Shown here piece after piece: positions 48,262-57,825 of a stretch of 64,000 nucleotides of DNA. The notes under the pieces were generated by a model. It did not search any database. It saw only the letters and a list, made by a program, of their open reading frames with translations, and was not told the DNA's origin. Origin of the DNA: a virus; the IMG/VR virus record IMGVR_UViG_3300033273_000392, positions 32,001-96,000 of that record; one strand, 5' to 3'. Every line of letters starts with the position of its first letter. Position 1 is the first letter of the stretch. The translations under genes and the position numbers were made by a program.

Positions 48262-48975
48262 TCACACCGTGATGCCTTTCCATGGTTTTACTAAAGGCAC
48301 CGGTGGGGTGGTAGATGAAATTCCAAAATAAATGCCACTCACTGAATCTAAGTGCTGTTTAAATCCATCAATAATATCATCAAGCATCTTAGAAACAGCT
48401 ACAGTGTATTCTTTTTCTTCATTGTACTTAGAAAACGCATTTATAAAACCCTTTGCTATAGGTCTTGGATTTCCTGGAAATAGTATTGTAACTCCAACGA
48501 GCGGGGATGAAAATCCAGCTGGAGGGGGAAGCGGAGAAAACGAGCTGGGAACCATGGCTACTGCCCAATATGCAACCACAGCAAGACCAATCGGAAGCAT
48601 AAGTAACATAGACGGTTTATCTCCTTTTTGTTGGCTTCTTTTCAAGGCTAGTTTAATTGCTAATGCGATAGGTAATTTTAGAGGCTGCATAGTTCCGGAA
48701 TGAAATCCAGATATGATAGGTCTGCTTCCTTCTCTTGCTGACGCAATTGCCAAGTGATACTCTTCGGCAAACTTCATAGCCAACTTATTTAGCTCGAAGT
48801 CTTCTCCTTCGTCTCCAGGCGCAAACTCTTCTCCTATTTGATTTCCTTCTTCATCAAAGACAGGAACCATAAATGGAGCAGGCATGTCTTCAGGACTTTT
48901 GTTACCTGCACCAGATGCATTAGTCTCATTCAGAAGAAAGTCTGTCATATTAGATTTAAACGTAGGCCAACTCAT
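48262..48975 (-). CDS. Hypothetical Pro-rich baseplate-region protein
   Basis: ORF downstream of spike gene. Confidence 0.55.
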   Translation of the reverse strand: MSWPTFKSNMTDFLLNETNASGAGNKSPEDMPAPFMVPVFDEEGNQIGEEFAPGDEGEDFELNKLAMKFAEEYHLAIASAREGSRPIISGFHSGTMQPLKLPIALAIKLALKRSQQKGDKPSMLLMLPIGLAVVAYWAVAMVPSSFSPLPPPAGFSSPLVGVTILFPGNPRPIAKGFINAFSKYNEEKEYTVAVSKMLDDIIDGFKQHLDSVSGIYFGISSTTPPVPLVKPWKGITV

Positions 48976-48976
48976 A

Positions 48977-49861
48977 TTATTCGGTATCGTTATCTTCTTC
49001 AGCGTCTTCTATAGGATCGTTTAATCGACTACTATCGATGTCTTCAACTGAATATTCTTTATTAAAGTCTTCTAACTTTTTTGAAAATGTCTTTATAATA
49101 GTTTTTGAACTACCCTCGTTGATAGTATAATCAACAATATCTCCATCCTGCTTAAGTTTTTCTAAATCAACTATCATATTATCTATCATAGTTTTTCTTT
49201 CATTGATATCTTTAGGTAAATCCCCAGACTTTTCTACGTCAAATGTGATTCCGTTTTCAGTTAATGTTTCCATAACCACATTTCCATGGACCAAAATATC
49301 AACATCTTCAATTAAGCCGACTTCCTTTTGACCTTGAACCGTAACCTTTACTCTTTTCATGAATTGTTTAATTTCATCTCTAATAAGCTTATAATAAAGT
49401 CTAATCCTAGTTCTAGTGTAATCACGACCAATCGGCCTAACAAGTTCGAATCCAGAAAAGCTCATATATGATTGAACATCGGTAAGTCTTCTATAGATTG
49501 AAGTATCTTGCCCGTCTTTTGAAGTTCCTTTTTGGTATAATATGTTTACCCCGGGGACGTTAACAGAATAAGTATAGTAGTTTTTCATAGCAAATTCACT
49601 ACTAAAAAAGTAATTAATATGTGAAGCAATGTCAAATGGCTTTAATTCATCCATAGACTTCTTTATCTTATTTTTAAGACCTTCGGTTTCTATAGTTTCT
49701 CCAGACCACATCGCATTAAAATTATGGTTCTTAAGTTTAAGATCTGCCATAACAAACTTAAGTACGGCCTGCGACAAAAGATCAGCAATTTCTTCATGCT
49801 CATCTTCGTTTAAGATATGCTCTTCGCCATATTCTTCAATAAGGTAGTAGAATCCCTTCAT
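48977..49861 (-). CDS. Hypothetical protein (294 aa)
   Basis: Tightly packed ORF. Confidence 0.6.
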   Translation of the reverse strand: MKGFYYLIEEYGEEHILNEDEHEEIADLLSQAVLKFVMADLKLKNHNFNAMWSGETIETEGLKNKIKKSMDELKPFDIASHINYFFSSEFAMKNYYTYSVNVPGVNILYQKGTSKDGQDTSIYRRLTDVQSYMSFSGFELVRPIGRDYTRTRIRLYYKLIRDEIKQFMKRVKVTVQGQKEVGLIEDVDILVHGNVVMETLTENGITFDVEKSGDLPKDINERKTMIDNMIVDLEKLKQDGDIVDYTINEGSSKTIIKTFSKKLEDFNKEYSVEDIDSSRLNDPIEDAEEDNDTE

Positions 49862-49866
49862 TTAAA

Positions 49867-50562
49867 TCACTTTTGCTGAATAAAACCTTCACCTGAATTA
49901 CTGTCTATTTTAGTCTGAAGGCTAATCATAGTAGGCAATTGTGGTGGCAGGGGTGGACCTGAAGGACCTACACCCGTCGGATGTGTATGTGCGTTAAACT
50001 GAGTTATTATTTCAGATAGAAGATCTGCTAAGGTTTGTCCTTTAACAGCGGGTTCGGCCGTATCTCCTGGATCTGTAGCAATATAAATCTTATCTGAGTT
50101 TATAAATATTTCGCCATCCGGTGAAAATCTAATCATAGGTTGCGCCTCATTAGACTCACCAGTCGTCATAACTAATCCATCTTCTGGTGAAAAGTATAGC
50201 CTAAAGTTTCTTTCGGCATCATATGCCAAAGAAATTACGTTATGTGGTTCTTCTGAGTTATCAAGTATATCTGTTTGTAAGTCCTCGTTCTGGTCTACTT
50301 GGAACCAATACTCAGGGTGATATAGGTCACCATTATCAAATCTTACAGCAATAATGTCACCTACTCTAGGAACCATATGAGAACCTGGAGTAACTCTATT
50401 CATAGGCGATGCCCATGGTATTGCTTCATTAGGCAACTTATCAAACTTACCAAAAACCTTTACGCGACAACGCCCCTTTGCTAGTGGATCGGCATTATCA
50501 ACAACCTCTCCTATCCAATGGGTATCTCTTAAGTTATCATGTATAAGCTCTCTTTGCTTCAT
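49867..50562 (-). CDS. Baseplate central spike (gp5 OB-fold / GpV-like)
   Basis: WIGEVVDNADPLAKGRCRVKVFG, VPRVGD..F..GD..P, C-terminal HTH (HxH) metal tip. Confidence 0.82.
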   Translation of the reverse strand: MKQRELIHDNLRDTHWIGEVVDNADPLAKGRCRVKVFGKFDKLPNEAIPWASPMNRVTPGSHMVPRVGDIIAVRFDNGDLYHPEYWFQVDQNEDLQTDILDNSEEPHNVISLAYDAERNFRLYFSPEDGLVMTTGESNEAQPMIRFSPDGEIFINSDKIYIATDPGDTAEPAVKGQTLADLLSEIITQFNAHTHPTGVGPSGPPLPPQLPTMISLQTKIDSNSGEGFIQQK

Positions 50563-51518
50563 CGTATAATATTACCAAGGCCGTTTACGCTACCTGCTCT
50601 TACGGCGTCTTGTATATCGGATATAGTATTAGCCTCATATACATTACCTAAGAAGATAGCTCCTTTGATATTATCTATCGCTCTATCTACGAGACCGCCT
50701 CCAATCTGTTGTATCTTATCTAGACCAGCTTGTGCCAAGTCTTTAGCTATTCCATTTTCTTGTTGGTAAATAATAGAGTTAGCATACATTTGATCAGCGT
50801 CGTGTGTTGTTTCGTATTGTATCTTTATCTTAGCGGCAGCCGCTTCTCCTGGAGACTTACTTAACTCAGCAAGTGCATCTGTTCCTGAGTCTATATCAAA
50901 ATGACAATGTCCTAAATTTATCTTAAAGAAAGGCTTAGAGACGCGTATATCCGCTTTTTCTTTATCAGTCATAACTGCAGTATTAAACTGATCACCGCCA
51001 TTTAATCTATAATCTAGCTCCTGTGTTAGTTTTCTTTTAAACGGTCTAACTTCAGTTACATAGATATACATAGAAAATCTTCTTAAATTCATAGGTAAAA
51101 CTTCAACATATCTTTCAAAATCATATGTTGCTCTTCTATAAAGATCCATCATACCCATTGTCGTTAATTCAACGGTTTCTAAACAACTTATTTCTACGAC
51201 ATTATCATCTTTACCCCTAAATGGATCTTCCATTTTTCCATATTTCTTAGAAACGTCAAGTCCAGAAATAGACTGCCAGAACCAAGGCATTTCTTCATTA
51301 ACAGCTTTAAGTATCTTTATAAAATTATCTAAATGCTGAACTCTTTCCTGATCGCCAATTACGTTCTCTAGGTAGTGTCTAGCTTCACCGTTAAATAGAG
51401 GGGAATGATGCGTAATATAGTCGAACATTATAAAAAAGCTTAGATACGTTGGGTCTTCATGAGTACCTCTAAATATCCTTCCCTTTCTAAAGTCCTTTGT
51501 TGTCTTAAAGTCTGCCAT
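50559..51518 (-). CDS. Putative tail tube/baseplate junction protein
   Basis: PWFWQSISGLD, VEISCLETV; between hub and spike genes. Confidence 0.5.
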   Translation of the reverse strand: MADFKTTKDFRKGRIFRGTHEDPTYLSFFIMFDYITHHSPLFNGEARHYLENVIGDQERVQHLDNFIKILKAVNEEMPWFWQSISGLDVSKKYGKMEDPFRGKDDNVVEISCLETVELTTMGMMDLYRRATYDFERYVEVLPMNLRRFSMYIYVTEVRPFKRKLTQELDYRLNGGDQFNTAVMTDKEKADIRVSKPFFKINLGHCHFDIDSGTDALAELSKSPGEAAAAKIKIQYETTHDADQMYANSIIYQQENGIAKDLAQAGLDKIQQIGGGLVDRAIDNIKGAIFLGNVYEANTISDIQDAVRAGSVNGLGNIIR

Positions 51519-51531
51519 GGTCTATATATTT

Positions 51532-53010
51532 TTAAAGATTGCCCATGCTTACTGGCCATTCTCTTCTAAGCAATGTAACGTCTTGCATTAGTCCATCCTC
51601 ATCATATCTATAGTTAATGTTTGAGATAACATAGTTTCCACTCATAAAGGTATCTAGTGTCATCTTTGGAGTCTCACCGCCTTCATCATTATTAAATTCA
51701 AATGACTGATCTTCGAATCCCATATCACTAGCCTTTTCATTCTTATCTAATTCGGATTTGACTTTAACTTCATCGTAGTGGTAAATTATTACAGGCACTT
51801 TTTGATACTTGTAAATAGAAGGATTAAAACTTTGTAGAGTTACCTTTAAAACCATTTTAGAAGATTCTACTATATTACGCATATTGTGCAACTTACAATA
51901 AACGTGATTCTGGTGAACATTACCTAGACCATCTTCACCAACATCTTGTCTTCCTGAGTATTTATGCTTTAGCTGATTCAAATAACGATCCTCATCTCGG
52001 CGTCCTCTAAGAGGTTCTTCAGAGTCAAGCATGCTATTTGAAGTTAGAGGATCTAATCTAAATTCCTGTAGTTTCGTATCTGTTCCATTATTATCGTAGA
52101 TCTGAACGTCTCTAAAATGACCATGCGCAGCTACTACTGCACTAGAGTTATTTTCTAATGTCCAAGACGATATAAAGTTATTGTTTTGCTTTAGGTCAAA
52201 ATGATTAGTTAAAAGAACCTTTGCTTTTATGTTATCATTTTCAACTGGGCGATCTGAATCTTCTGCTAAACTAAAAGTAGAAGACATAACAGTATCCTCC
52301 ATGTCGTTAAGAGACATATTCTTTGAATTAAATACACGATTAATGTCTACGAAGTTGAGGTAGTAGTATTGGTCTATAAATGATGTTTGAAATGATTCTT
52401 CAGACACGTATGACGATGTTACTATCTCATTTATGAATTTAGCATGAGTTGAATACGCCTGTATTCTTATTTGTGGATCTCCAGCAGCATCTATATTTGT
52501 AGCAAGTCCAAGACCAAGATACTTAGCCTCTTCTTCAAGATGTTCTAGGGAAGTACCTACCTCAAAATGGCGACACTCTTCAGTATCTAGTAGTGGAATC
52601 TTTGCCTTTCCGGTAAATGTATATTCGGTATTATTACTATCATCTTCAATACTGTTAACGCTAGTAATATCAAAGTCCATGTGTATTGACTTAAACGTAG
52701 ATTCATTCTTAGAGTTCAGTAAAAAAGTAATCACATCACCGTCTCTTGGAAAGGAGTCTATTGAAAAGTTATTCCTAGAGTCAATTATACTTATCTTTAA
52801 CTCAGGCACCTGTCCTGAAAGATTTAGTGTAAAAGAATCAACATCCTTTCTAGCAAATGAATATCCGTTTATAGTAACATACGGAGAAGCGATAGCAAAA
52901 GATTTACTTTGTCTATATGCATCATCTTCTTCGCCTACAGACTCTAACTCTATATCAGTAGGCATAATAGCAGGTTCGACGACTGCTAATATGTGTCTAT
53001 CTAAATCCAT
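51532..53010 (-). CDS. Baseplate hub protein (gp27/GpD-like)
   Basis: FIDQYYYLNFVD; C-terminal MSGNYVISNINY..QDVTLLRREWP; position. Confidence 0.65.
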   Translation of the reverse strand: MDLDRHILAVVEPAIMPTDIELESVGEEDDAYRQSKSFAIASPYVTINGYSFARKDVDSFTLNLSGQVPELKISIIDSRNNFSIDSFPRDGDVITFLLNSKNESTFKSIHMDFDITSVNSIEDDSNNTEYTFTGKAKIPLLDTEECRHFEVGTSLEHLEEEAKYLGLGLATNIDAAGDPQIRIQAYSTHAKFINEIVTSSYVSEESFQTSFIDQYYYLNFVDINRVFNSKNMSLNDMEDTVMSSTFSLAEDSDRPVENDNIKAKVLLTNHFDLKQNNNFISSWTLENNSSAVVAAHGHFRDVQIYDNNGTDTKLQEFRLDPLTSNSMLDSEEPLRGRRDEDRYLNQLKHKYSGRQDVGEDGLGNVHQNHVYCKLHNMRNIVESSKMVLKVTLQSFNPSIYKYQKVPVIIYHYDEVKVKSELDKNEKASDMGFEDQSFEFNNDEGGETPKMTLDTFMSGNYVISNINYRYDEDGLMQDVTLLRREWPVSMGNL

Positions 53011-53013
53011 ACT

Positions 53014-53601
53014 TTACCTTCTAGCGTTTTTTCTAACAACTTTATCAGAAAACTTTTCGGTTTTAGACTGCTTATTTAATATAGCATCTACAACCGGATC
53101 TGCTTGCGCCTTAGCGCCAAAAGAAACTTTACCGCCTCCTTTAAACATAAAGGTTCTTTTACCTACTGGAACAACATTAGGCGGTAGAAGAACATCTTTA
53201 TCATACTTTGCTTTTAATGCCTCAATTCTATTCTGATCTTTCTTACTAAGTCTTTTAGTATCTACGAACTGTTGCTTAACTACGTTTTCTTCAACAGTTT
53301 GTAATCTTTCTAGTCTCTTATAAGGAAATGTGTACACTGGTATCTTTAAAACCTCACCTTCTGCAATAGAAAATGGGTCAGATATGTTATTAAACTTCAA
53401 TATAAGATCAGATCTACTAGCATCCCCATAGTATGTAAGAGCTATTAAATCTATACGACCCCTTTCTAAAGGACTGACTCTATGTTCAGTATACTGGTCT
53501 TCTGTGACTTCTTCAATCTTGTTGATAAAGTACATAGTAGGCTGAACTATAAGTAAGTTTACGCCCTCGATTATCTTATCTTTAATTGTAGCTAAATTCA
53601 T
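53014..53601 (-). CDS. Baseplate wedge gp53-like LysM-fold protein
   Basis: GRIDLIALTYYGD..LILKFNNISDPFSI..GEVLKIP. Confidence 0.8.
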   Translation of the reverse strand: MNLATIKDKIIEGVNLLIVQPTMYFINKIEEVTEDQYTEHRVSPLERGRIDLIALTYYGDASRSDLILKFNNISDPFSIAEGEVLKIPVYTFPYKRLERLQTVEENVVKQQFVDTKRLSKKDQNRIEALKAKYDKDVLLPPNVVPVGKRTFMFKGGGKVSFGAKAQADPVVDAILNKQSKTEKFSDKVVRKNARR

Positions 53602-55277
53602 TATCCTTGTGCCATATCAGATATATTTCTTGCGAGGTTCTGAGATAATCTACCTTTGGCTCTACCATATTGATCCACGTTAACAGTACCAACATCGTCA
53701 AATCCTTCTGGTTGTAAGTATATTCTATTCTTACCCGCGTTAAACATGCTTTCAATTTCAGATTTATCTCTAGGTCTACCTGGCTTTAAAGTAATTGTTA
53801 GCTTAAGCTTAGAAGGAAAGTCTTCATATCCTAAAGGACCTTCAAACTCAAACTTTGCATCTTGCATACATAGATTACCTATCACCATAACCGGGTTCAT
53901 AGGGTTTCCAACTGTAAGGTGCCATTGCCCGGTCGGATCTCCTGTTAAGAAAGCCTGAATTACTGCACCGCCCTGAGGGCTTCCAAATAGTTCCATAAGG
54001 CCGCCTCCTATAACTTGATCTAGAACTTTAGAATCACCTAACCCCTTTTTTAGGTCATCGAATAAGTTTGATGCACTTGAAGTAAACTGATCTATGATGC
54101 TACCTAAAAATCCCTTATAATCTCCGCTTTTAAGCTTACTAAAATCACCGAATGGTTTCTTACCAGTTCCGCCATAGTATCTTGCAGCACCTCCCCAGAA
54201 AGGAGCATTATTGTATGTAAGTACAAGTAGGTTTGCTAGCGTATCCATAAATGCTACTCTAGGACTTGTATTACCATATGCTTTAAGATCGTAATGGAAT
54301 GTCAAAGTAAACTCTTGTGTAAACTTTAAACCCCTGTCTCTAACTAAAATCTGATCAATAACATTATAAGGTCCATATACATGATTCGGATACGTAGCAC
54401 TTAGCGGATCATGCCCAGGTCCTAACTGCTTTTTTCTTTCTGTTTGGGCCGCTGTTCTTCCGGCAAGACCCTCTTCAATCGCAGAAAGAAGAGGTGACGA
54501 GCTAATTTTGCCACCTACTTTACCGCGATTATCGCCACTTGGATTCTGTATTTCTTGAACCTTAGACTTTTCTTCCTTCCAGTTAAATCCAACATCAAAC
54601 TTAATAATGTCTGCTAGCGTATTTCCTAAAGTAGGACTTATCCAGGTTACGGCCCTAGCGATATCTGGCTGTTGTGATTCTACCACGTCTCCGTTTTCAG
54701 CAAAATCTTTTGGGCTAAGTATATCATCCTTACATGGATATGGAAACCTTCTTAGGGTAAGCATATAGTTATTAGGAACAGTTCCATAATATTCACACTG
54801 TATAAAGTCTTCTAATCTATAGCTGTATGCAAGAGAGTCATTATCCTGCGACCACTCCACTATTGTCTTAGCTGTTGGATTAATAGAAGGTGAATCGGGT
54901 GTAATAATTGACTTTTCATAGTCAGCTACATTAACCGGGGCCGAATCATCTAGGTTGTTTAAAGCGATAGACTTATACCTTAATAAATTCCAGGTATTAA
55001 ATCTACTTCTAGGAGAGTCTCCGCTTTTTGCAGTGTATTCCTCAGAAGTACCTTCATTAACAACATATGACCTGGTGGGTAAAGTTTCATCATATAGACG
55101 ATCCTTGCGTTGTTCTCCGTTTTGAAACGCAGTATGGCCTTCTATACTAATCTCACCCGGCTCTACCGGATTCCCTAATGCAGTATTTATAATGTCTAAA
55201 CTGCTTTGTAAATCGCCAGTCTCAGTGTCTCTATAAAGATTAACTGCATCCTGTACTCCTTGGAAAGTTAGAGGCAT
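53601..55277 (-). CDS. Putative baseplate/tail-tube initiator (gp48/gp54-like)
   Basis: C-terminal WHLTVGNP..IGNLCM..FP..LKLTITLK tube-fold pattern; upstream of gp53-like. Confidence 0.5.
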   Translation of the reverse strand: MPLTFQGVQDAVNLYRDTETGDLQSSLDIINTALGNPVEPGEISIEGHTAFQNGEQRKDRLYDETLPTRSYVVNEGTSEEYTAKSGDSPRSRFNTWNLLRYKSIALNNLDDSAPVNVADYEKSIITPDSPSINPTAKTIVEWSQDNDSLAYSYRLEDFIQCEYYGTVPNNYMLTLRRFPYPCKDDILSPKDFAENGDVVESQQPDIARAVTWISPTLGNTLADIIKFDVGFNWKEEKSKVQEIQNPSGDNRGKVGGKISSSPLLSAIEEGLAGRTAAQTERKKQLGPGHDPLSATYPNHVYGPYNVIDQILVRDRGLKFTQEFTLTFHYDLKAYGNTSPRVAFMDTLANLLVLTYNNAPFWGGAARYYGGTGKKPFGDFSKLKSGDYKGFLGSIIDQFTSSASNLFDDLKKGLGDSKVLDQVIGGGLMELFGSPQGGAVIQAFLTGDPTGQWHLTVGNPMNPVMVIGNLCMQDAKFEFEGPLGYEDFPSKLKLTITLKPGRPRDKSEIESMFNAGKNRIYLQPEGFDDVGTVNVDQYGRAKGRLSQNLARNISDMAQG

Positions 55278-55298
55278 ACTTAGTTGATTCTTTTTTTG

Positions 55299-55306
55299 TA
55301 TATATC
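55299..55306 (-). promoter_or_regulatory. Putative late promoter GATATATA heading the baseplate operon
   Basis: Octamer 22 nt upstream of ATG 55277. Confidence 0.6.
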
Positions 55307-55337
55307 TAACTTCTTTTCTGTATAATAAGTTATTATG

Positions 55338-55946
55338 TTAGGAGCTTCCCCATTCTGCTGAATCTAGCTCATCAGTATCAGGTCTATATAGAAGATCTTC
55401 TATCCATCCATCATCCTTTGGATATCTGTCACCTAGGAATCTCTGTAGAGACTTTTCATATATTCCTTTAGTTTGCCAATAAAACTGTCCTTTAGAGTAT
55501 GCGTTCCTATTAGCTAATTCAAATATCTCTCTTAGCTTTATCTGTATAAAGAAGGTCTGCAGATTATTAAACAGTTCAACCTGTTCAGCTCTAGTCTTTG
55601 TGCAAAACACAGAATCAACGACAACTAGATATTTCTTCCATTTCTCCCCATCGAATACTCTTTTAGTTAAGTCATCTACTGCCCTAAATTCTTTTCTTTG
55701 CAGATTAATCCTAGTTTTTTCACCAGTCTTAAATCCACGTTGGAACATACCTCCAAAGAAATATTTCTTTAAAAAGTATATGTTATCGTAGAACTTAACA
55801 ATCTTAAGTTGATACCTAGGATTAATCTCGTCAAACTTGACGTCATAGATTAAAGCTCTTACTGGGAACAATATATTCGGGCGAGCGTCGCAAGATATTA
55901 AAGCATGTACGTATTCACCCTTTGAATACAATTTATGCTTAATCAT
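55338..55946 (-). CDS. Hypothetical protein (202 aa)
   Basis: Overlap-coupled ORF. Confidence 0.65.
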   Translation of the reverse strand: MIKHKLYSKGEYVHALISCDARPNILFPVRALIYDVKFDEINPRYQLKIVKFYDNIYFLKKYFFGGMFQRGFKTGEKTRINLQRKEFRAVDDLTKRVFDGEKWKKYLVVVDSVFCTKTRAEQVELFNNLQTFFIQIKLREIFELANRNAYSKGQFYWQTKGIYEKSLQRFLGDRYPKDDGWIEDLLYRPDTDELDSAEWGSS

Positions 55947-56337
55947 TGTCTATGAATCTTACGTTATCAAACTTGCTTAGGACTCCTTTTTTAGGATAGT
56001 CGCATCTATTGATGATCGTAAGGCCGACCTCATATGACTCGTCAGTCATGCTAGACACAAATTCCTTAAAGTTAGATATAGTCTCTTGGTCTAGGTTTTT
56101 AAGAAGATAAACAAGCCTATGCTCATCGCAACACTGTTCGTTTTCAAATAGTGTTCTAAGCATCTTCTCAATATAAAGAGATATGATTACATCGGATGGC
56201 TCGTTACCATAAGGATCGCTTTTAAGCAATCTTCCGTATATGTCAGAATAAGATATCACCAAGTCGTAATTTTCAGACTTGACGTATCGATCAAACTCAG
56301 AACGAGTCTTACACCATATGCAATCAATCTTCATCAT
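55939..56337 (-). CDS. Hypothetical protein (132 aa)
   Basis: Overlap-coupled ORF. Confidence 0.65.
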   Translation of the reverse strand: MMKIDCIWCKTRSEFDRYVKSENYDLVISYSDIYGRLLKSDPYGNEPSDVIISLYIEKMLRTLFENEQCCDEHRLVYLLKNLDQETISNFKEFVSSMTDESYEVGLTIINRCDYPKKGVLSKFDNVRFIDND

Positions 56338-56660
56338 TTCTTCTTTAAAAACTTTTCTAGTCTCTGTATTTCTCTTCCAAGTTGAGAGATCTGTTCCTGT
56401 GCCATTTCGGAAGTAGGAGAATATGACTTACCCATAGATCTGCGAATCTCAATCTTTTCGCGATCCATGTCAGTACCTAGATCTATTCCAAGATCTAAGG
56501 CTATATCATTGATGAACTTAATCTTATTAATAGTGGCGGTAGGAGAGTCAAAGTCATAAACAACTCTAGACTCATATTCCTCACCAGCACCATTAACATT
56601 GTCATCATGAAGTATCTTAATTACTCCATTGTCGGCAAGTTCTAGTGTAAGTGTAACCAT
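56334..56660 (-). CDS. Hypothetical protein (108 aa)
   Basis: Overlap-coupled ORF. Confidence 0.65.
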   Translation of the reverse strand: MVTLTLELADNGVIKILHDDNVNGAGEEYESRVVYDFDSPTATINKIKFINDIALDLGIDLGTDMDREKIEIRRSMGKSYSPTSEMAQEQISQLGREIQRLEKFLKKK

Positions 56661-57076
56661 TAGGCATTTCTTTTTTGCTTGGACTCGTTAGCCTCCTTAA
56701 GCAATTGTCTAATTATCTTCTTATCTTGTTTCCTAGTCTCCTTATTGTTAACGAAGTCAAGCGAGTATGCTTCTTCTAACATTTCAATCTCTTCTTCATT
56801 ATAACCCATAGCAGCCCAGTTAATCTTCATACTTTCAATCTTTTCCTCTAGCTGGATAGCCATGGCTCTTTCCCTTTCATCTAGGTTGGCTTCGTGGATC
56901 TTTCTTCCGTTTTCACGCTGAGCTTCTCTTATATCAGCGCTATCCTTAAAGCTCATGTTTTTCTTAGCTTTAAAGTAACCGCTTTGCTTCATCATTGCCC
57001 GTCTTTGTTTATGATTGGGCATGGTAAACTTAACGTTACTCTCCGGAGTCTGATTTGCTTGATCGTTTTCTGTCAT
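56660..57076 (-). CDS. Hypothetical helical protein
   Basis: ORF; start set at ATG 57076 to reduce overlap. Confidence 0.6.
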   Translation of the reverse strand: MTENDQANQTPESNVKFTMPNHKQRRAMMKQSGYFKAKKNMSFKDSADIREAQRENGRKIHEANLDERERAMAIQLEEKIESMKINWAAMGYNEEEIEMLEEAYSLDFVNNKETRKQDKKIIRQLLKEANESKQKRNA

Positions 57077-57608
57077 TGTAATAGTTATTAGTGAATGATT
57101 CAATCTGACCTTTTAATTGGTCTCTTAAATTATCTATCTGGCTCTCAATAAGAGCTATAATATAGTTATTTAACTCAGAAGCGTCTACATCCATTTCATC
57201 TATAAGCATGCCGTGCATCGCCTTAGATGGTAGGTTAACGGTAACTGGCATTTTAGCAGTATTCTTTTTGCTAACCTTTTTAAGCATACCCATCATAACG
57301 CTATTGTCGTCCATTTCTGTAGGAGCAGGCGCTTTAGATTCTGACTTAGGTTTAACCTCCTCTACCTTAGGAGATTCGACTTGTGTTTCAACAGGATTAA
57401 AGCTCTTAGATATTCTTTGAGCATCTTCTTCATTTCCCGTCTCCATAAGGAACTCACCGATAAGATCTTTGGCAATACGAGTACCGTCAGTAAAGTAAAG
57501 CCATTTCTTGTCATCCTTATTTACATCTATTTTAACTATATCGCCAGATCGTTCACTCTTGATCCAGACATATAACTTTTCTTCCATATTTTCCTTTGTT
57601 TCTACCAT
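57036..57608 (-). CDS. Hypothetical protein
   Basis: ORF; start set at ATG 57608. Confidence 0.6.
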   Translation of the reverse strand: MVETKENMEEKLYVWIKSERSGDIVKIDVNKDDKKWLYFTDGTRIAKDLIGEFLMETGNEEDAQRISKSFNPVETQVESPKVEEVKPKSESKAPAPTEMDDNSVMMGMLKKVSKKNTAKMPVTVNLPSKAMHGMLIDEMDVDASELNNYIIALIESQIDNLRDQLKGQIESFTNNYYNDRKRSSKSDSGE

Positions 57609-57621
57609 TCCAAAAATTCGT

Positions 57622-57825
57622 TTAATTAGTAGCTTCAGTAGTAATATCATCGCCCTCGTGTATTAAGAACTGTTTGATAAAATTTAAGGACTCTTCAGAA
57701 CCCATGACCGCATCGGCTTTTACGTATCGCCTAGACCAATCTTTGTAGAATCTTTGATTTCCCTTTTCTAAAAGCTCTTCTTGTAGAGTCTTAATATCAG
57801 GTATGTAAAGTTTAGTAAACCCCAT
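57622..57825 (-). CDS. Small hypothetical protein (67 aa)
   Basis: TAATG-coupled to helicase stop. Confidence 0.6.
   Translation of the reverse strand: MGFTKLYIPDIKTLQEELLEKGNQRFYKDWSRRYVKADAVMGSEESLNFIKQFLIHEGDDITTEATN

Noticed and set aside
55939-56337. 132-aa ORF as a degenerate P-loop kinase (the missing modification kinase)
   Set aside because: No Walker A motif; resemblance limited to the secondary-structure pattern
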